Positions 25,937 through 36,030 of a DNA stretch of 51,548 nucleotides are shown here, piece after piece (the first letter of the stretch is position 1; every line of letters begins with the position of its first letter). A program made the position numbers and the translations under genes. Source of the stretch: Escherichia phage SKA49; the sequence record NC_079180.1; one strand, 5' to 3'. Below the pieces are notes generated by a model, which saw only the letters and a list, made by a program, of their open reading frames with translations, searched no databases and was not told the DNA's origin.

Positions 25937-27955
25937 ATGTCAAAGACTGATGACCTCGGACCGGAGTTTAATGATACAGTAGCCTCGTATCTTGCCAAGC
26001 ACTACGGTGACGTATTAAAAGTCTCAAGAGAAAGATTCTGTATTCTATCTTTGCCATTGCTCCGTCGATATATTTCAGAAAATACTGCAATAGTTGACAG
26101 CTATGAAGAACAAATTCAAGCAGAGTTAGAAGGCCAGGGTCTTGAAAACGATGCTGTATTGCGTTCCGTTTTCAGAGCACAACTTGAGCGTCTTCGCTCT
26201 GGCGACAAGAAAGACTCGACTGCCTATGCAGATGAGTTGAAGAAAGGTATTCAAGCAGGTGTTACTGACCGTGTTGCAGGTTCCACATTAGAGGAGCCAA
26301 ACTCGGAGCATGATAACACCGATGAACTTGTAGACAAGATTCTGCATGACCCACACAATGTGGACCCAACTGTAATCCCTGCCAAGGTTGCAGAACGTGT
26401 TCGCAAAATCTTGATGAAAAGTTTCGAAGCCTTTGGTAAATGGCAGTTCCATATTCAGATGGGATTTCCATTTCAAGCACAAGACTTTCACGATGTAATA
26501 TTCAGTGTTGGTCAGAAGGTTGTTGATGGTGAAATTGACCGCTTAATAGTGACAATTCCTCCACGACACTCTAAGACTCAGCTTATGAGTATTGCATTGC
26601 CCTTGTATTCATTTTGCCACAATGAATCAAGCCATAACATTATCACCTCGTATGCAGAAGACGTTGTTCTTGAATCGAGTGGTTACATTCGTGCTGTAAT
26701 GATGGACCCACTGTTCCAACGCATATTCCCGAAGGTGAGAATCGACCCTAACAAACGTTCTCTTGAACGCTGGGGTACAACCAAAGCTGGAGTTATGCAC
26801 GCAGTACCTACTGGTGGTAAGCTAACTGGTAAAGGTGCTGGACTTCTTGTTGCAAAATACTCCGGTTGTTTCGTGGTGGATGACGTTATCAAGCCGAAAG
26901 ATGCCTACTCTGACACAGTTCGAGCAGAAATCAACGACCGATTTGATAACACCTTTATGTCACGTCTTGCCAACGATGGTTGCATAACTGATTCGTACGG
27001 AAACCAAATTAAGTGTGCCCGTACACCAATGGTTATCATCATGCAGCGAGTCCATGACCAGGATTTAGTTGGTTATATACTCCGTGGTGGCTCTTCTGAT
27101 AAATATCATTACCTCAATATCCCAGCGATTATTGAGAAAGGTGTCGGAAGTGCTGAATGGTATGATAAGTTAATCAAGAAGCAGAACTACACTCATGCTA
27201 TACCCATTCTGTATAATTTGAACAGGAAGGAAGAGAAGTCTGCATTATGGCCTTCACGTAAGAGTTTAGAATCTCTGGAGGCAATGAAAGAGTCTAACCC
27301 ATACACATACAATTCACAGTATGCTGGCGACCCATCTGCACAAGGCCATGGCCTTATCAAAGAAGATTGGTGGCAAGAGTATGAGCCAGACGTTTTCGAC
27401 AGAAGTCGCATAGTCAGAAGTTTTATTACAGCGGATACGGCATCAACTGCCAAATCCTATTCTGATTATTCGGTCCTTAAGCATTGGGGCGTGACTAAAG
27501 AGCGTGACGTTTATTGTTTAGATATTATGCTCGGTAAGTTTGAAACTCCAGAACTCAAGACTGCTATCATCGACTTCTGGAACAAATGCAACAAGTTGGA
27601 CTTGAAATGCGTAGGTTGTATTCCTCGTGCATTGTACATGGAAGACAAGTCTGCCGGACAATTCTTGAACCAACAATTTATCAGAGATGGGAGTGTCCGA
27701 GTTTTACCATTGCCTCGTGATGGCATTAATGGTAATGACAAGGTAACTCGATTCCTTAACGCAATCCCATATTTCTCGCAAAAGAGAATATTCTTCCCTG
27801 CTGGTCATGAACACATCGACCACGTTAGACGTGAAATACTTGGATTCACTTCTTTGGGTAGTGGTACTGGACACGACGATTGTGTCGATAACGTTTCAGA
27901 TATGGTTGCAATCGAATTCTCAGGCCCAAGTGCCAACTACTCCGCATGGATGTAA
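25937..27955 (+). CDS. terminase large subunit
   Basis: Walker A-like PRHSKT, Walker B VVDD, nuclease Asp blocks ITADTAS and GHDDCVDN. Confidence 0.85.
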   Translation: MSKTDDLGPEFNDTVASYLAKHYGDVLKVSRERFCILSLPLLRRYISENTAIVDSYEEQIQAELEGQGLENDAVLRSVFRAQLERLRSGDKKDSTAYADELKKGIQAGVTDRVAGSTLEEPNSEHDNTDELVDKILHDPHNVDPTVIPAKVAERVRKILMKSFEAFGKWQFHIQMGFPFQAQDFHDVIFSVGQKVVDGEIDRLIVTIPPRHSKTQLMSIALPLYSFCHNESSHNIITSYAEDVVLESSGYIRAVMMDPLFQRIFPKVRIDPNKRSLERWGTTKAGVMHAVPTGGKLTGKGAGLLVAKYSGCFVVDDVIKPKDAYSDTVRAEINDRFDNTFMSRLANDGCITDSYGNQIKCARTPMVIIMQRVHDQDLVGYILRGGSSDKYHYLNIPAIIEKGVGSAEWYDKLIKKQNYTHAIPILYNLNRKEEKSALWPSRKSLESLEAMKESNPYTYNSQYAGDPSAQGHGLIKEDWWQEYEPDVFDRSRIVRSFITADTASTAKSYSDYSVLKHWGVTKERDVYCLDIMLGKFETPELKTAIIDFWNKCNKLDLKCVGCIPRALYMEDKSAGQFLNQQFIRDGSVRVLPLPRDGINGNDKVTRFLNAIPYFSQKRIFFPAGHEHIDHVRREILGFTSLGSGTGHDDCVDNVSDMVAIEFSGPSANYSAWM

Positions 27956-27957
27956 AT

Positions 27958-28170
27958 ATGGCGGTTATCACTCGTTTAGATGCCCGCTCACGCAAGAACA
28001 ACTCCTTCCAGATTCAGGATTTGGAAGGAAACATTTTATGTGTGATTGAGGCAGTTTCTACCACAGAGAGCGACTGTGTTAAGTTAAAGCACGAGTCAAA
28101 TCTGCGACTCCACACCTCCGACAACATCCAAATTGTTAAGGGTAATGGAACTATTCTGAGGAAGAAATAA
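27958..28170 (+). CDS. hypothetical protein (70 aa)
   Basis: ATG directly after terminase stop; in frame with track ORF 27946..28170. Confidence 0.45.
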   Translation: MAVITRLDARSRKNNSFQIQDLEGNILCVIEAVSTTESDCVKLKHESNLRLHTSDNIQIVKGNGTILRKK

Positions 28171-29486
28171 TGACTTCCAAGAAGAAAAACAATCTTTCTG
28201 TTAAAGTTGCAGATGGGTTAGAAAACCTTGTAACGGGGTTGGGCGGTCAAGCAGATAAGTCTACTTTCAACCAGTGGACTTTCTCAAACAAGAACGCGAA
28301 CTATCGCGAACTTATGAACCGCTTCCGTGAGGACTGGGTTGCACAGAAAGTGTGTACCGTCATTCCTCAAGATATGACGCGTAAGTGGCGGCATATTGAT
28401 AGTGAAGAAGGACGCAAAGCGGATAAGAAACTTCGTATTCGTAAGCTGTTCCGTGAAGCATATCAATGGGCCAGATTGTATGGTACTTCATTTGTTCTGC
28501 TCGACCTGAAAGGTACGGGCAAACTTGATACACCATTGCGACTGGATAACTTGAAGACTGGATGTATTAAATCCATGAGAGTTATTGACCGCTCACGCTT
28601 ATTTGCCGCAGGGACTATGGTTCTGGACCCTTTGAGTCCTCACTATGGTTTGCCAGAGTATTACACTTTGGCCGGATATCCCGGCTATATCCACTACACT
28701 CGTTTTCTTCGGTTCGAGGGTACTGAACTGCCGCTGTTCGAATTCCAACGTAACATGTGGTATTCCGATTCGGTACTTATTCCACTGCTGAAAACGATTG
28801 ACCAATTCTACACAACTGCCGCTGCTGCTGCCAGCCTTGCCCAAGAAGCCACCATTGATGTGGTAACTGTTGAAGGCTTACAATCTCTGCTTACATCGCC
28901 GGAAGGTGAAGCTGCTGTGATGAAGCGCTTCAAACTTATGAAGCTGGCAAAGAGTATTTATAACGTCCTAATTCTCGACAATACTGAGAAGTATGACACC
29001 AAGTCAATTGCACTATCTGGTGTGAAAGATTTGATTTGGGAATACTTGAAGATAGTTGCTGCCGCAGTTGGTATTCCGGCTACACGTTTCCTTTCTGCAT
29101 CTCCAGACGGTATGAATGCTACGGGCGAATCTGACCTCGTAAACTATATCGACTTGTTGACAGGCTTGCAGACTTCTGTGTTCGACCCTCGTTTAGATGT
29201 GGTAGACAAGATTGTCCAGGCGCACTTTGGCATTGAAGAATATAACTACGAATGGTTAGACATCTTCCCTGAATCCAATGTTGAGAAAGCGAAGCGAGCT
29301 AAAGATTTGGCATTCGCTGTTGACCTGTTGGTTAACAATGGCACCATAACTACCGAAGTTGCAAACGAAGTCATGTTCCATTCGGGCGTGTTCGGCACTT
29401 GTGACCTTGGCAAGCCAAATCCTAATCCTCCTAACATCCAAAAGGGTAACGCAAGTGAAGCAAAACCAAAACCTGGTTCAGCTTAA
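28170..29486 (+). CDS. portal protein
   Basis: 438 aa, immediately after terminase and before scaffold/capsid genes. Confidence 0.7.
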   Translation: MTSKKKNNLSVKVADGLENLVTGLGGQADKSTFNQWTFSNKNANYRELMNRFREDWVAQKVCTVIPQDMTRKWRHIDSEEGRKADKKLRIRKLFREAYQWARLYGTSFVLLDLKGTGKLDTPLRLDNLKTGCIKSMRVIDRSRLFAAGTMVLDPLSPHYGLPEYYTLAGYPGYIHYTRFLRFEGTELPLFEFQRNMWYSDSVLIPLLKTIDQFYTTAAAAASLAQEATIDVVTVEGLQSLLTSPEGEAAVMKRFKLMKLAKSIYNVLILDNTEKYDTKSIALSGVKDLIWEYLKIVAAAVGIPATRFLSASPDGMNATGESDLVNYIDLLTGLQTSVFDPRLDVVDKIVQAHFGIEEYNYEWLDIFPESNVEKAKRAKDLAFAVDLLVNNGTITTEVANEVMFHSGVFGTCDLGKPNPNPPNIQKGNASEAKPKPGSA

Positions 29487-30519
29487 CGACGAAGATACCG
29501 TGAATGAAGTAGTTTTGTTGAACGACAAGGCTACTTTAACGACCCGTCGTTTACGTGACTCTGGCGAAATGATTGCAGAATGCACCATCGCTCGTACTGG
29601 CATCATGCTGTACAAAGCGAAAGAACTTGGTGAAATTGCAAAACATCTGGACCCAGAATCTATTTGCCGTGTTCGTACCAAGCCGGAAGTATTATTTGAC
29701 GAAGCAACCATCGAAGGCTGTCGTTCAATTCCGGTTACTATCGGCCATCCGAAAGATGATGTTAACATCAAGAACAACAAAGAACTCCAGAAAGGGTTCA
29801 TCGAAGGGCGTCCAGTTGCAGACGGCTCTTTCTTGGCTGCATCAATCGTTTTGAATGACGAGCAAGCTGTTCGATTAGTTGATTCTGGTGTTGACCAAAT
29901 CTCCTTGGGCCATAATGCTAAACTGGCTGTATCAGAAGATGGTGAAGCCGACTTCGATAAAGTTCGCATTATCCCTAACCATGTTGCAATTGTTGTTCGT
30001 GGTCGTGCTCAGACTACTCGCATTGGTGACTCTGGTGAAGAGATTGCCATTGTTGATAAGGCAACCTTTGATGTTGTTGAAGCAGAGCGTGATGCAGCGC
30101 TTGACAAGATTAGTGTCCTTGAACAGAAACTTGCTGATGCAGAAACTGCACGACTATCCGATGAAGCTATTCAGGCTGAGGTAGACAAACGTGTAGTTGC
30201 TCGTACAGCATTGCTTGTTGATGTGGCCCGTCTTGGCGACGAGTTCTCCAACCTCGATTTCTCCGGCAAGACCGATGCAGAAATTAAGTTGGCTGTAGTT
30301 AATAAATTGCATGACAAGGATTTCAGCGATAAGAGCGAAGACTATATCTCCGCCCGTTTCGATGCAGCTCTTGAAGATTGCGATTCCATTACTTTGGGAG
30401 ATGCCCTGAATCAGTCTATGCAATTCGCTGCTAAGAAAGATTCAGAAGCTCGTAAACCTAAAGTTTCTATTTCCGAAGAAGCTAACAAACGTCGTTTAGA
30501 ACGCTTCAACTCTTTATAA
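29455..30519 (+). CDS. prohead protease/scaffolding protein (putative; GTG start uncertain)
   Basis: Between portal and capsid genes; C-terminal coiled-coil ISVLEQKLADAETARLSDEAIQAEVDKR. Confidence 0.5.
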   Translation: MKQNQNLVQLNDEDTVNEVVLLNDKATLTTRRLRDSGEMIAECTIARTGIMLYKAKELGEIAKHLDPESICRVRTKPEVLFDEATIEGCRSIPVTIGHPKDDVNIKNNKELQKGFIEGRPVADGSFLAASIVLNDEQAVRLVDSGVDQISLGHNAKLAVSEDGEADFDKVRIIPNHVAIVVRGRAQTTRIGDSGEEIAIVDKATFDVVEAERDAALDKISVLEQKLADAETARLSDEAIQAEVDKRVVARTALLVDVARLGDEFSNLDFSGKTDAEIKLAVVNKLHDKDFSDKSEDYISARFDAALEDCDSITLGDALNQSMQFAAKKDSEARKPKVSISEEANKRRLERFNSL

Positions 30520-30528
30520 GGTAAGACA

Positions 30529-31002
30529 ATGCCAAAGCAAGATTGGTCTATTAATACTGGTGAAGCATATGCAGGTGAACAATACGGCCTGGCTACCACC
30601 AACTCCCAGCGCCTGACTTACGTTGCCGAAGAAGAAATGGCAAACTTTGGTCTGGCTGTTGTTCAAGGCACGGCATCTAATCAGGTTAAACCTGGTATTG
30701 GAGCAGACGGTACTGTTCTGGGCGTTACTATGCGCCAGCTTAACATCGAATCTGCCACCCGTCCTGGTGACGGTACTGTTGCAATCAAAGTTGGTTGGCC
30801 TCTGGGTGTTATGCTGTCTGGCCCAATCATGGTCAAACTGAAAGCCGCAATCACCGACAAGAACATTGGTGTATCCACTAAAGGTGAATTTGGTGGCGTT
30901 GGTGCTGGCTATACTAAAGCAACCAACCTGACTGCACTGCGTTATCCGGCTTCCGCTGGCGATGTTGTTCCGGTCATGATTAACGTAGTCCCAAAGCCGT
31001 AA
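30529..31002 (+). CDS. head decoration protein-like structural protein (157 aa; zero-frame product)
   Basis: Host-optimal codons; position between scaffold and major capsid genes as for lambda D. Confidence 0.6.
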   Translation: MPKQDWSINTGEAYAGEQYGLATTNSQRLTYVAEEEMANFGLAVVQGTASNQVKPGIGADGTVLGVTMRQLNIESATRPGDGTVAIKVGWPLGVMLSGPIMVKLKAAITDKNIGVSTKGEFGGVGAGYTKATNLTALRYPASAGDVVPVMINVVPKP

Positions 31003-31295
31003 CGCCACCTCCATCTCCTACAGTATCTGCTGTAGCAGGAGTTGTAACTGCTGACGCATCTGTATCTGATGCTACTGTAACTGTGGACAAGCTGTTTAAG
31101 TTTGAGAACTCCACAGCAACAGACTATAACTTCACTGTTACGCCTCCCGTGACTGGTGTTTCTGTGGCGGCAAACGGCACTGTGACTGTTCTGAATGAAA
31201 CGACTACTGATACCTCTGCCACGATTAAGGCAACAAACAAAACAACCTCCAGCGTGACTGCAACTAAAGAAATTGCTATTACGCCGAAGTCTTAA
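30529..31295 (+). CDS. predicted -1 frameshift product: decoration protein fused to C-terminal Ig-like domain (about 254 aa)
   Basis: Slippery heptamer C_CCA_AAG at 30990-30996; -1 frame stop TAA 30981-30983 immediately upstream; -1 frame open to 31295 with no start codon or RBS before GTG 31083; Pro-rich linker TPPPSPT then beta-rich T/S/V domain; frame confirmed against minus-strand track ORFs. Confidence 0.55.
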
Positions 31296-31303
31296 GTTGT
31301 GAT

Positions 31304-31324
31304 GGCGCAATTAATAGTTGCGCC
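31304..31324 (+). promoter_or_regulatory. hairpin GGCGCAA-TTAATAG-TTGCGCC upstream of major capsid gene
   Basis: Perfect 7-bp stem. Confidence 0.3.
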
Positions 31325-31350
31325 TCACCAAACAAAACGGATTAATTTAC

Positions 31351-32358
31351 ATGCCTAAGATGATTAAACTGGCGGACGGTTCTGAATTCGAACTGAACGA
31401 CGCCATCGCTCGTATTCAGGATTCTGGTACTGTTCCTCTGAATGATGACGACGCAGTATTCTTTCAACGCCAGCTTGAGTTCATTGAAGCTCAAACTTAC
31501 GACACTCTGTATCCAGAACTGGAGGCTCGTGCTGCTTTCGGTGTGGACACTACTGGTGGTGCTGGCGTAAACACTCTGACCTACCGTTCTTACAACCATG
31601 TTGGTAAAGCACAGGTAATTAACGCTCGTGCAACCGACCTGCCGAAGTCCAGCATTTCTGGTAAAGAATACAGCATCCCTGTTAAGTCTGTTGGTACTGC
31701 ATTCGACTACGATATTGACGAAGTGGCTTCTGCTGCTGTTACTGGCCTCCCGCTGGAAACCCGTAAAGCAAATGCTGCCATCCGTGGTTACGAGCAGTAT
31801 GTTAACTCCGCTGCATGGTACGGCGATAAAGCTAACGGCTTTGTTGGCTTCTTCGAAAACCCAGACATCACCAAAGCAACTGTTGCTCAGGGTGCTGGCA
31901 AGTCTACCAAGTGGGCCGAGAAGACTCCGACCGAAGTTATTGCCGACCTGACTGCTGCTGTGTCTGCAATGTATGCTTCTACTCTGAAAATCATGCGCCC
32001 GGACGAAATCTGGATGCCTGTTGAGCATGAGCAGTACATCTTCAACACTGCACGTTCTGAACAGTCTGACAAGACGATTGGTCAGTTCTTCATTGACAAC
32101 AACCAGTTCATCAACTCCCGCGATAAAATCAAGGGTCTGAACGCAATCAAAGGTCACGGCGATGCTGGCTCTGATTGCTTCGTTGTTGTTTGCCGCAATG
32201 CAATGGGCAACCGTACCTTCCGTCTGCGTGAACCTCTGCCGCTGACCTGGCAACCGGTACAGCTTCATGGCCTGGTTTATGAAGTTCCTGGTCGTGGTCG
32301 TTTCGCTGGCTTCCAAGCGATGTATCCGGCAGCAATCTCCATCAACTCCGGCATCTGA
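31351..32358 (+). CDS. major capsid protein (start uncertain; track ORF begins TTG 31318)
   Basis: Strongly host-optimal codons; follows portal-scaffold-decoration genes; followed by stable hairpin. Confidence 0.7.
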   Translation: MPKMIKLADGSEFELNDAIARIQDSGTVPLNDDDAVFFQRQLEFIEAQTYDTLYPELEARAAFGVDTTGGAGVNTLTYRSYNHVGKAQVINARATDLPKSSISGKEYSIPVKSVGTAFDYDIDEVASAAVTGLPLETRKANAAIRGYEQYVNSAAWYGDKANGFVGFFENPDITKATVAQGAGKSTKWAEKTPTEVIADLTAAVSAMYASTLKIMRPDEIWMPVEHEQYIFNTARSEQSDKTIGQFFIDNNQFINSRDKIKGLNAIKGHGDAGSDCFVVVCRNAMGNRTFRLREPLPLTWQPVQLHGLVYEVPGRGRFAGFQAMYPAAISINSGI

Positions 32359-32364
32359 TAAATA

Positions 32365-32384
32365 GGGCGGGACTGTTCTCGCCC
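32365..32384 (+). terminator. stable hairpin GGGCGGGA-CTGT-TCTCGCCC after capsid gene
   Basis: 8-bp stem including one G-T pair; no T-run. Confidence 0.4.
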
Positions 32385-32404
32385 ATAACTTAAGAGAAAT
32401 AGTA

Positions 32405-32845
32405 ATGCAGATTAAGAACAACGAATCACGCAATCTTCAATTCTTCTTCTATAAGAAGGGAAAGTCTGGCAAATCTGAGTTAGACTTTATTCACATTCCT
32501 GGTGGCGCAACTGTAGAAATCGACGATGAAATCTACAAATCTCTTACGGAATCTTTGACGGAAGTTGAAGAACTGCGCGAAGAAGTGGTTCCGCTTGATG
32601 ACGAGAATATCGGTGCTTCTGTTAAGACCGGTAAAGAAGCTCTTGTCATTAAAGAGTATTACAGCACTGGCAAAACTCGCAAAGTCAACTTGGTTAAAGA
32701 AGCAATCAAAGCTGGCTCTCTTACCATTGTTGAACGTGTGAAAGTTGGTATGCCTGACATTGATGCTATTCTGACTAAGAATGGTATTGATATTAAGGGT
32801 ATGCCGGAAGACGTTAAACTGGCACTCTACGATAAGTTGGCGTAA
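32405..32845 (+). CDS. structural (head/neck) protein, hypothetical
   Basis: Track ORF in morphogenesis module. Confidence 0.5.
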   Translation: MQIKNNESRNLQFFFYKKGKSGKSELDFIHIPGGATVEIDDEIYKSLTESLTEVEELREEVVPLDDENIGASVKTGKEALVIKEYYSTGKTRKVNLVKEAIKAGSLTIVERVKVGMPDIDAILTKNGIDIKGMPEDVKLALYDKLA

Positions 32846-33235
32846 ATGATAACACTAACCGATTTGGTTAAACGTTATCCGGCAATGGCTGACATGACCC
32901 CAGAGCGTTTTGATATCTTAGTTGAAGATGCGAAACTTATCATGGGGACAATCGAATCGCGTTGGTGTGGGTTTTATGACCCAGCTATGGCATCACTTGT
33001 GGCGCATTGGTCTGCAACAATTGACGACCTAATGCCTGGTGATGCCGCAATGCCAGCTATGCCTGTTAGTCGTACCGATGTGGACGATGTTCAGGTAGAG
33101 TTTAGCGACCGAATCATTTCAACAATTCCTTATGTTGAAGCTGATTTCATGTCTACTGTGTACGGTCAACGTTACTTGCAATGGCGGCGAATGGCATTTG
33201 CTGGGCCGAGGGTTAGCCCTGGGTCACAGTTTTGA
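32846..33235 (+). CDS. head-tail connector/adaptor protein (putative)
   Basis: Track ORF, position only. Confidence 0.45.
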   Translation: MITLTDLVKRYPAMADMTPERFDILVEDAKLIMGTIESRWCGFYDPAMASLVAHWSATIDDLMPGDAAMPAMPVSRTDVDDVQVEFSDRIISTIPYVEADFMSTVYGQRYLQWRRMAFAGPRVSPGSQF

Positions 33236-33594
33236 TTAACCAGCGTCGAGCATTCAACCGCTACACAACCACTCGTATGTATCTTGAGGTATATCAAGAG
33301 GGTTACTACGATGACAAAAATAATTGGGTTGGTGATTCATATGCTCCAAAGAAACCCATCCGATGTACTCCCATACCTTATGGTGACAGGGATTCTGGCG
33401 TAAGCGGCCAATCGCTTAAAGCTACAGAAGTCGGAGAGCGCCAACCTGCATTCATGCAAGTACATTCCCGAACTGAAATGCCGATGAAGTCTATCCTTAC
33501 TATCTACGGCCTTCGTTATAAAGTTATTTCTGTTTCTGACTACAAGGCGGCTGGGTTCTTTGAAGTTATTGCTGCCAAGGAGTTAGAGAAATGA
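33232..33594 (+). CDS. head-tail joining protein (putative)
   Basis: Track ORF, position only. Confidence 0.45.
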   Translation: MINQRRAFNRYTTTRMYLEVYQEGYYDDKNNWVGDSYAPKKPIRCTPIPYGDRDSGVSGQSLKATEVGERQPAFMQVHSRTEMPMKSILTIYGLRYKVISVSDYKAAGFFEVIAAKELEK

Positions 33595-34103
33595 TTTACG
33601 ATGAAGATATTCAGGCGATTAAGGATATTGTGGACGTCTGTGTGGGCGTCCCACGCTTCTCCTATGAGATGCAGGTAAACGCACCTCGACCATCTGATAA
33701 CTATGCCGCAATAAAGTGTGTGTCGTCAGTTAATCCAGGCTTTGATGAAACTCGAATCGAAGTCCGTAATGGCGAGGAGGTATTTGTTACGAGAGGGATT
33801 CGAATTCTAACTTTCTATATTCTCTTCTCACGTCGTGGGAGTGAATATGTTAAGTTCGACAATTCCTTCTTCCGTCCAGATGTTCAGGCCATGCTTAAAA
33901 GTAAAGGCTTTGCAACACTCGACAAAAATCCACTGAATCTTGCCTCGTTAACTCTTGAGACGAATTGGGAATTCCGAGAAGGAATCCAAATCAAATTCAA
34001 TGTTCTGCGTGAAGACGTAATGAATATTGGAACAATGTCTGACGCCAGTGTTGGCGGCAAATTCTATGATGGTGGTGAACCCATCCTAATTAAGGGAATC
34101 TAA
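33591..34103 (+). CDS. tail completion/neck protein (putative)
   Basis: Track ORF, position only. Confidence 0.45.
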   Translation: MIYDEDIQAIKDIVDVCVGVPRFSYEMQVNAPRPSDNYAAIKCVSSVNPGFDETRIEVRNGEEVFVTRGIRILTFYILFSRRGSEYVKFDNSFFRPDVQAMLKSKGFATLDKNPLNLASLTLETNWEFREGIQIKFNVLREDVMNIGTMSDASVGGKFYDGGEPILIKGI

Positions 34104-35552
34104 ATGGCAATTCCAATTTCCGATATCATCCAGGTCAACATTGCGGTATCTCCGAATGCTGTTGCCGTGGAAGGTTTTGGTCCTCTGCTCTTTCTTTCGA
34201 AGGAGTTTAAACCGACTGCTGCCGAAGTAGTTCCTGTTCGTCAATATACGAGCATGGCTGCGGTGTCTGCGGATTTCCCATCCGGTGAAATCTATAATGC
34301 AGCTTTGGCGTGGTATTCTCAGAAACCTACTCCGAAATATTTCCTGGTTGGTGCAATCACTCATGAAGACGTGGTTCCTGCAACTGCTGGCACTATCACT
34401 GCTTCTACTGCTGCAAACCTGGACGACATTAAGGCTGTAACCTCTGGTGTAATTTCCATCAACATCAACGGCGTTGATATGCACACTGGTGCTATCAACT
34501 TCTCTACCGTAACAGACTTTGCTGGTGCTGCTTCTGCAATGACTGCTGCATTCGTGACTGCTGGCATTCCTGCAACCGTCTCCCAGACTACTGGTGTGTT
34601 CAAAATCACTACCAACCTGACTGGCGACACTGCTGTTATCGGTGATGTATACGGCACTGCTGCAAGTGCTTTCAAGCTGGATGCAAACTCAAGTCCAGTA
34701 TTTGCCCAGGGTAAAGACGAACAGTCTATTGGTTCTGACCTGTCTGCAATTCTGAACTCCACTTACAACTTCTTCTTCGTTGCTATTGACCGTAAGTACC
34801 GCGGCGGCGCCTCTGGTGATAACCAGATGACTGTTGCTAAGTGGGCAGAAGCGAACGAGAAAGTGTTCGGCTGGGCTGACAGTGACCCGCAGATTCTGGT
34901 TGTTGGTGCAGAGTCTAGCTTTAAGCGCGCCAAAGAACAGAACCTCCAGCGTACCTTGCTGGTTTATGATGCGTCTGATAATGGCGACGAATATCCAGAA
35001 ATCTCCATCCTTGGTCGTGCATCAACTGTCAACTTCAACGTTGCAAACTCTTCGCTTGTCCTGGCGTTCAAACAGGGTCCGGCTATCAAGACTGCTGACC
35101 TGTCTCCGAACCAGCTTGCTGCCCTCGAACGTGTAAATGGTAACGCATTCATCAACGTTGGTGGGAACACTATGTTCTACAACGGCAAGATGGCTGACGG
35201 CACTTGGTTCGATACCGTTCAGGGTGTGTCTTGGCTGACCTCCAAGATTCGTGCGAACGTGTTCAACCTGTTCTATACCTCCACTACCAAGATTCCTTGG
35301 ACGGATACCGGCGTTGCCCTGGTCAACCAGCAAGTAACTCTGGCACTGGAACTGGCTGTAACCAATGGTCTGATTGCCCCAGGTTACGACAATGAAGGCA
35401 ACTTCTACCCAGATGGCTACAAAGTCTTGTCTACCGACTTGGCTCTGATGCAATCTCAGAAAGGTGCTCGAATCTGGGAAGGTACTTCCTTCATTGCAAT
35501 TGGCTCTGGCGCATTGCAGGGTGCAGTTATCTCCGGCAACTTCGTTCAGTAA
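34104..35552 (+). CDS. tail sheath protein
   Basis: 482 aa, host-optimal codons, directly before tube, chaperone and tape-measure genes. Confidence 0.6.
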   Translation: MAIPISDIIQVNIAVSPNAVAVEGFGPLLFLSKEFKPTAAEVVPVRQYTSMAAVSADFPSGEIYNAALAWYSQKPTPKYFLVGAITHEDVVPATAGTITASTAANLDDIKAVTSGVISININGVDMHTGAINFSTVTDFAGAASAMTAAFVTAGIPATVSQTTGVFKITTNLTGDTAVIGDVYGTAASAFKLDANSSPVFAQGKDEQSIGSDLSAILNSTYNFFFVAIDRKYRGGASGDNQMTVAKWAEANEKVFGWADSDPQILVVGAESSFKRAKEQNLQRTLLVYDASDNGDEYPEISILGRASTVNFNVANSSLVLAFKQGPAIKTADLSPNQLAALERVNGNAFINVGGNTMFYNGKMADGTWFDTVQGVSWLTSKIRANVFNLFYTSTTKIPWTDTGVALVNQQVTLALELAVTNGLIAPGYDNEGNFYPDGYKVLSTDLALMQSQKGARIWEGTSFIAIGSGALQGAVISGNFVQ

Positions 35553-35563
35553 GGGTGCGATAA

Positions 35564-36019
35564 GTGAAACAATATTCTTTCTATAATACCGACCTCATTA
35601 TCGACGGTGCTCGCGTAGATGGTTTTACCTCTGGTAACGCCATCATCACTGCTCGTCGTAATGCACCTCAGCACCTGCCAGTGATTGACGCGTATGGTAA
35701 GTTGGCTGTGGCTACCACGGCTGACTTGTCTGGTACTATTACGTTCCCGCTTCTGCAAACCGCAGACTGGAACGAAATCCTATACAACCGTGCTCAGCTC
35801 ACTCAGGCAACTGGCTTGTCTGGCAATAAATCTTTGTGGACTCCACTACAGATTCAAATTGTTGACAAGATGGGTGATGTGCTGGTCAATGGTGTAAACG
35901 GCGCTATCTTGCAGCAACCTGCAATTCAGCGTGGTGTGTCCTTCACGTCTAACGTGTGGTCTATCTTTGTAGAGCGCCTCCAGATTAAGACTGGTTCTTA
36001 TCCGGAAATTGGCGTTTAA
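35564..36019 (+). CDS. tail tube protein (GTG start)
   Basis: 151 aa between sheath and chaperone genes. Confidence 0.55.
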   Translation: MKQYSFYNTDLIIDGARVDGFTSGNAIITARRNAPQHLPVIDAYGKLAVATTADLSGTITFPLLQTADWNEILYNRAQLTQATGLSGNKSLWTPLQIQIVDKMGDVLVNGVNGAILQQPAIQRGVSFTSNVWSIFVERLQIKTGSYPEIGV

Positions 36020-36030
36020 TTGGAGTAAGT

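Noticed and set aside
31342-32433. 363-aa ORF on the minus strand opposite the major capsid gene (similar long antisense ORFs at 30514..31014 and 34361..34762)
   Set aside because: It lies antisense to strongly codon-biased, host-optimal coding sequence that depletes stop codons on the opposite strand; there is no RBS and every well-supported gene is on the + strand.
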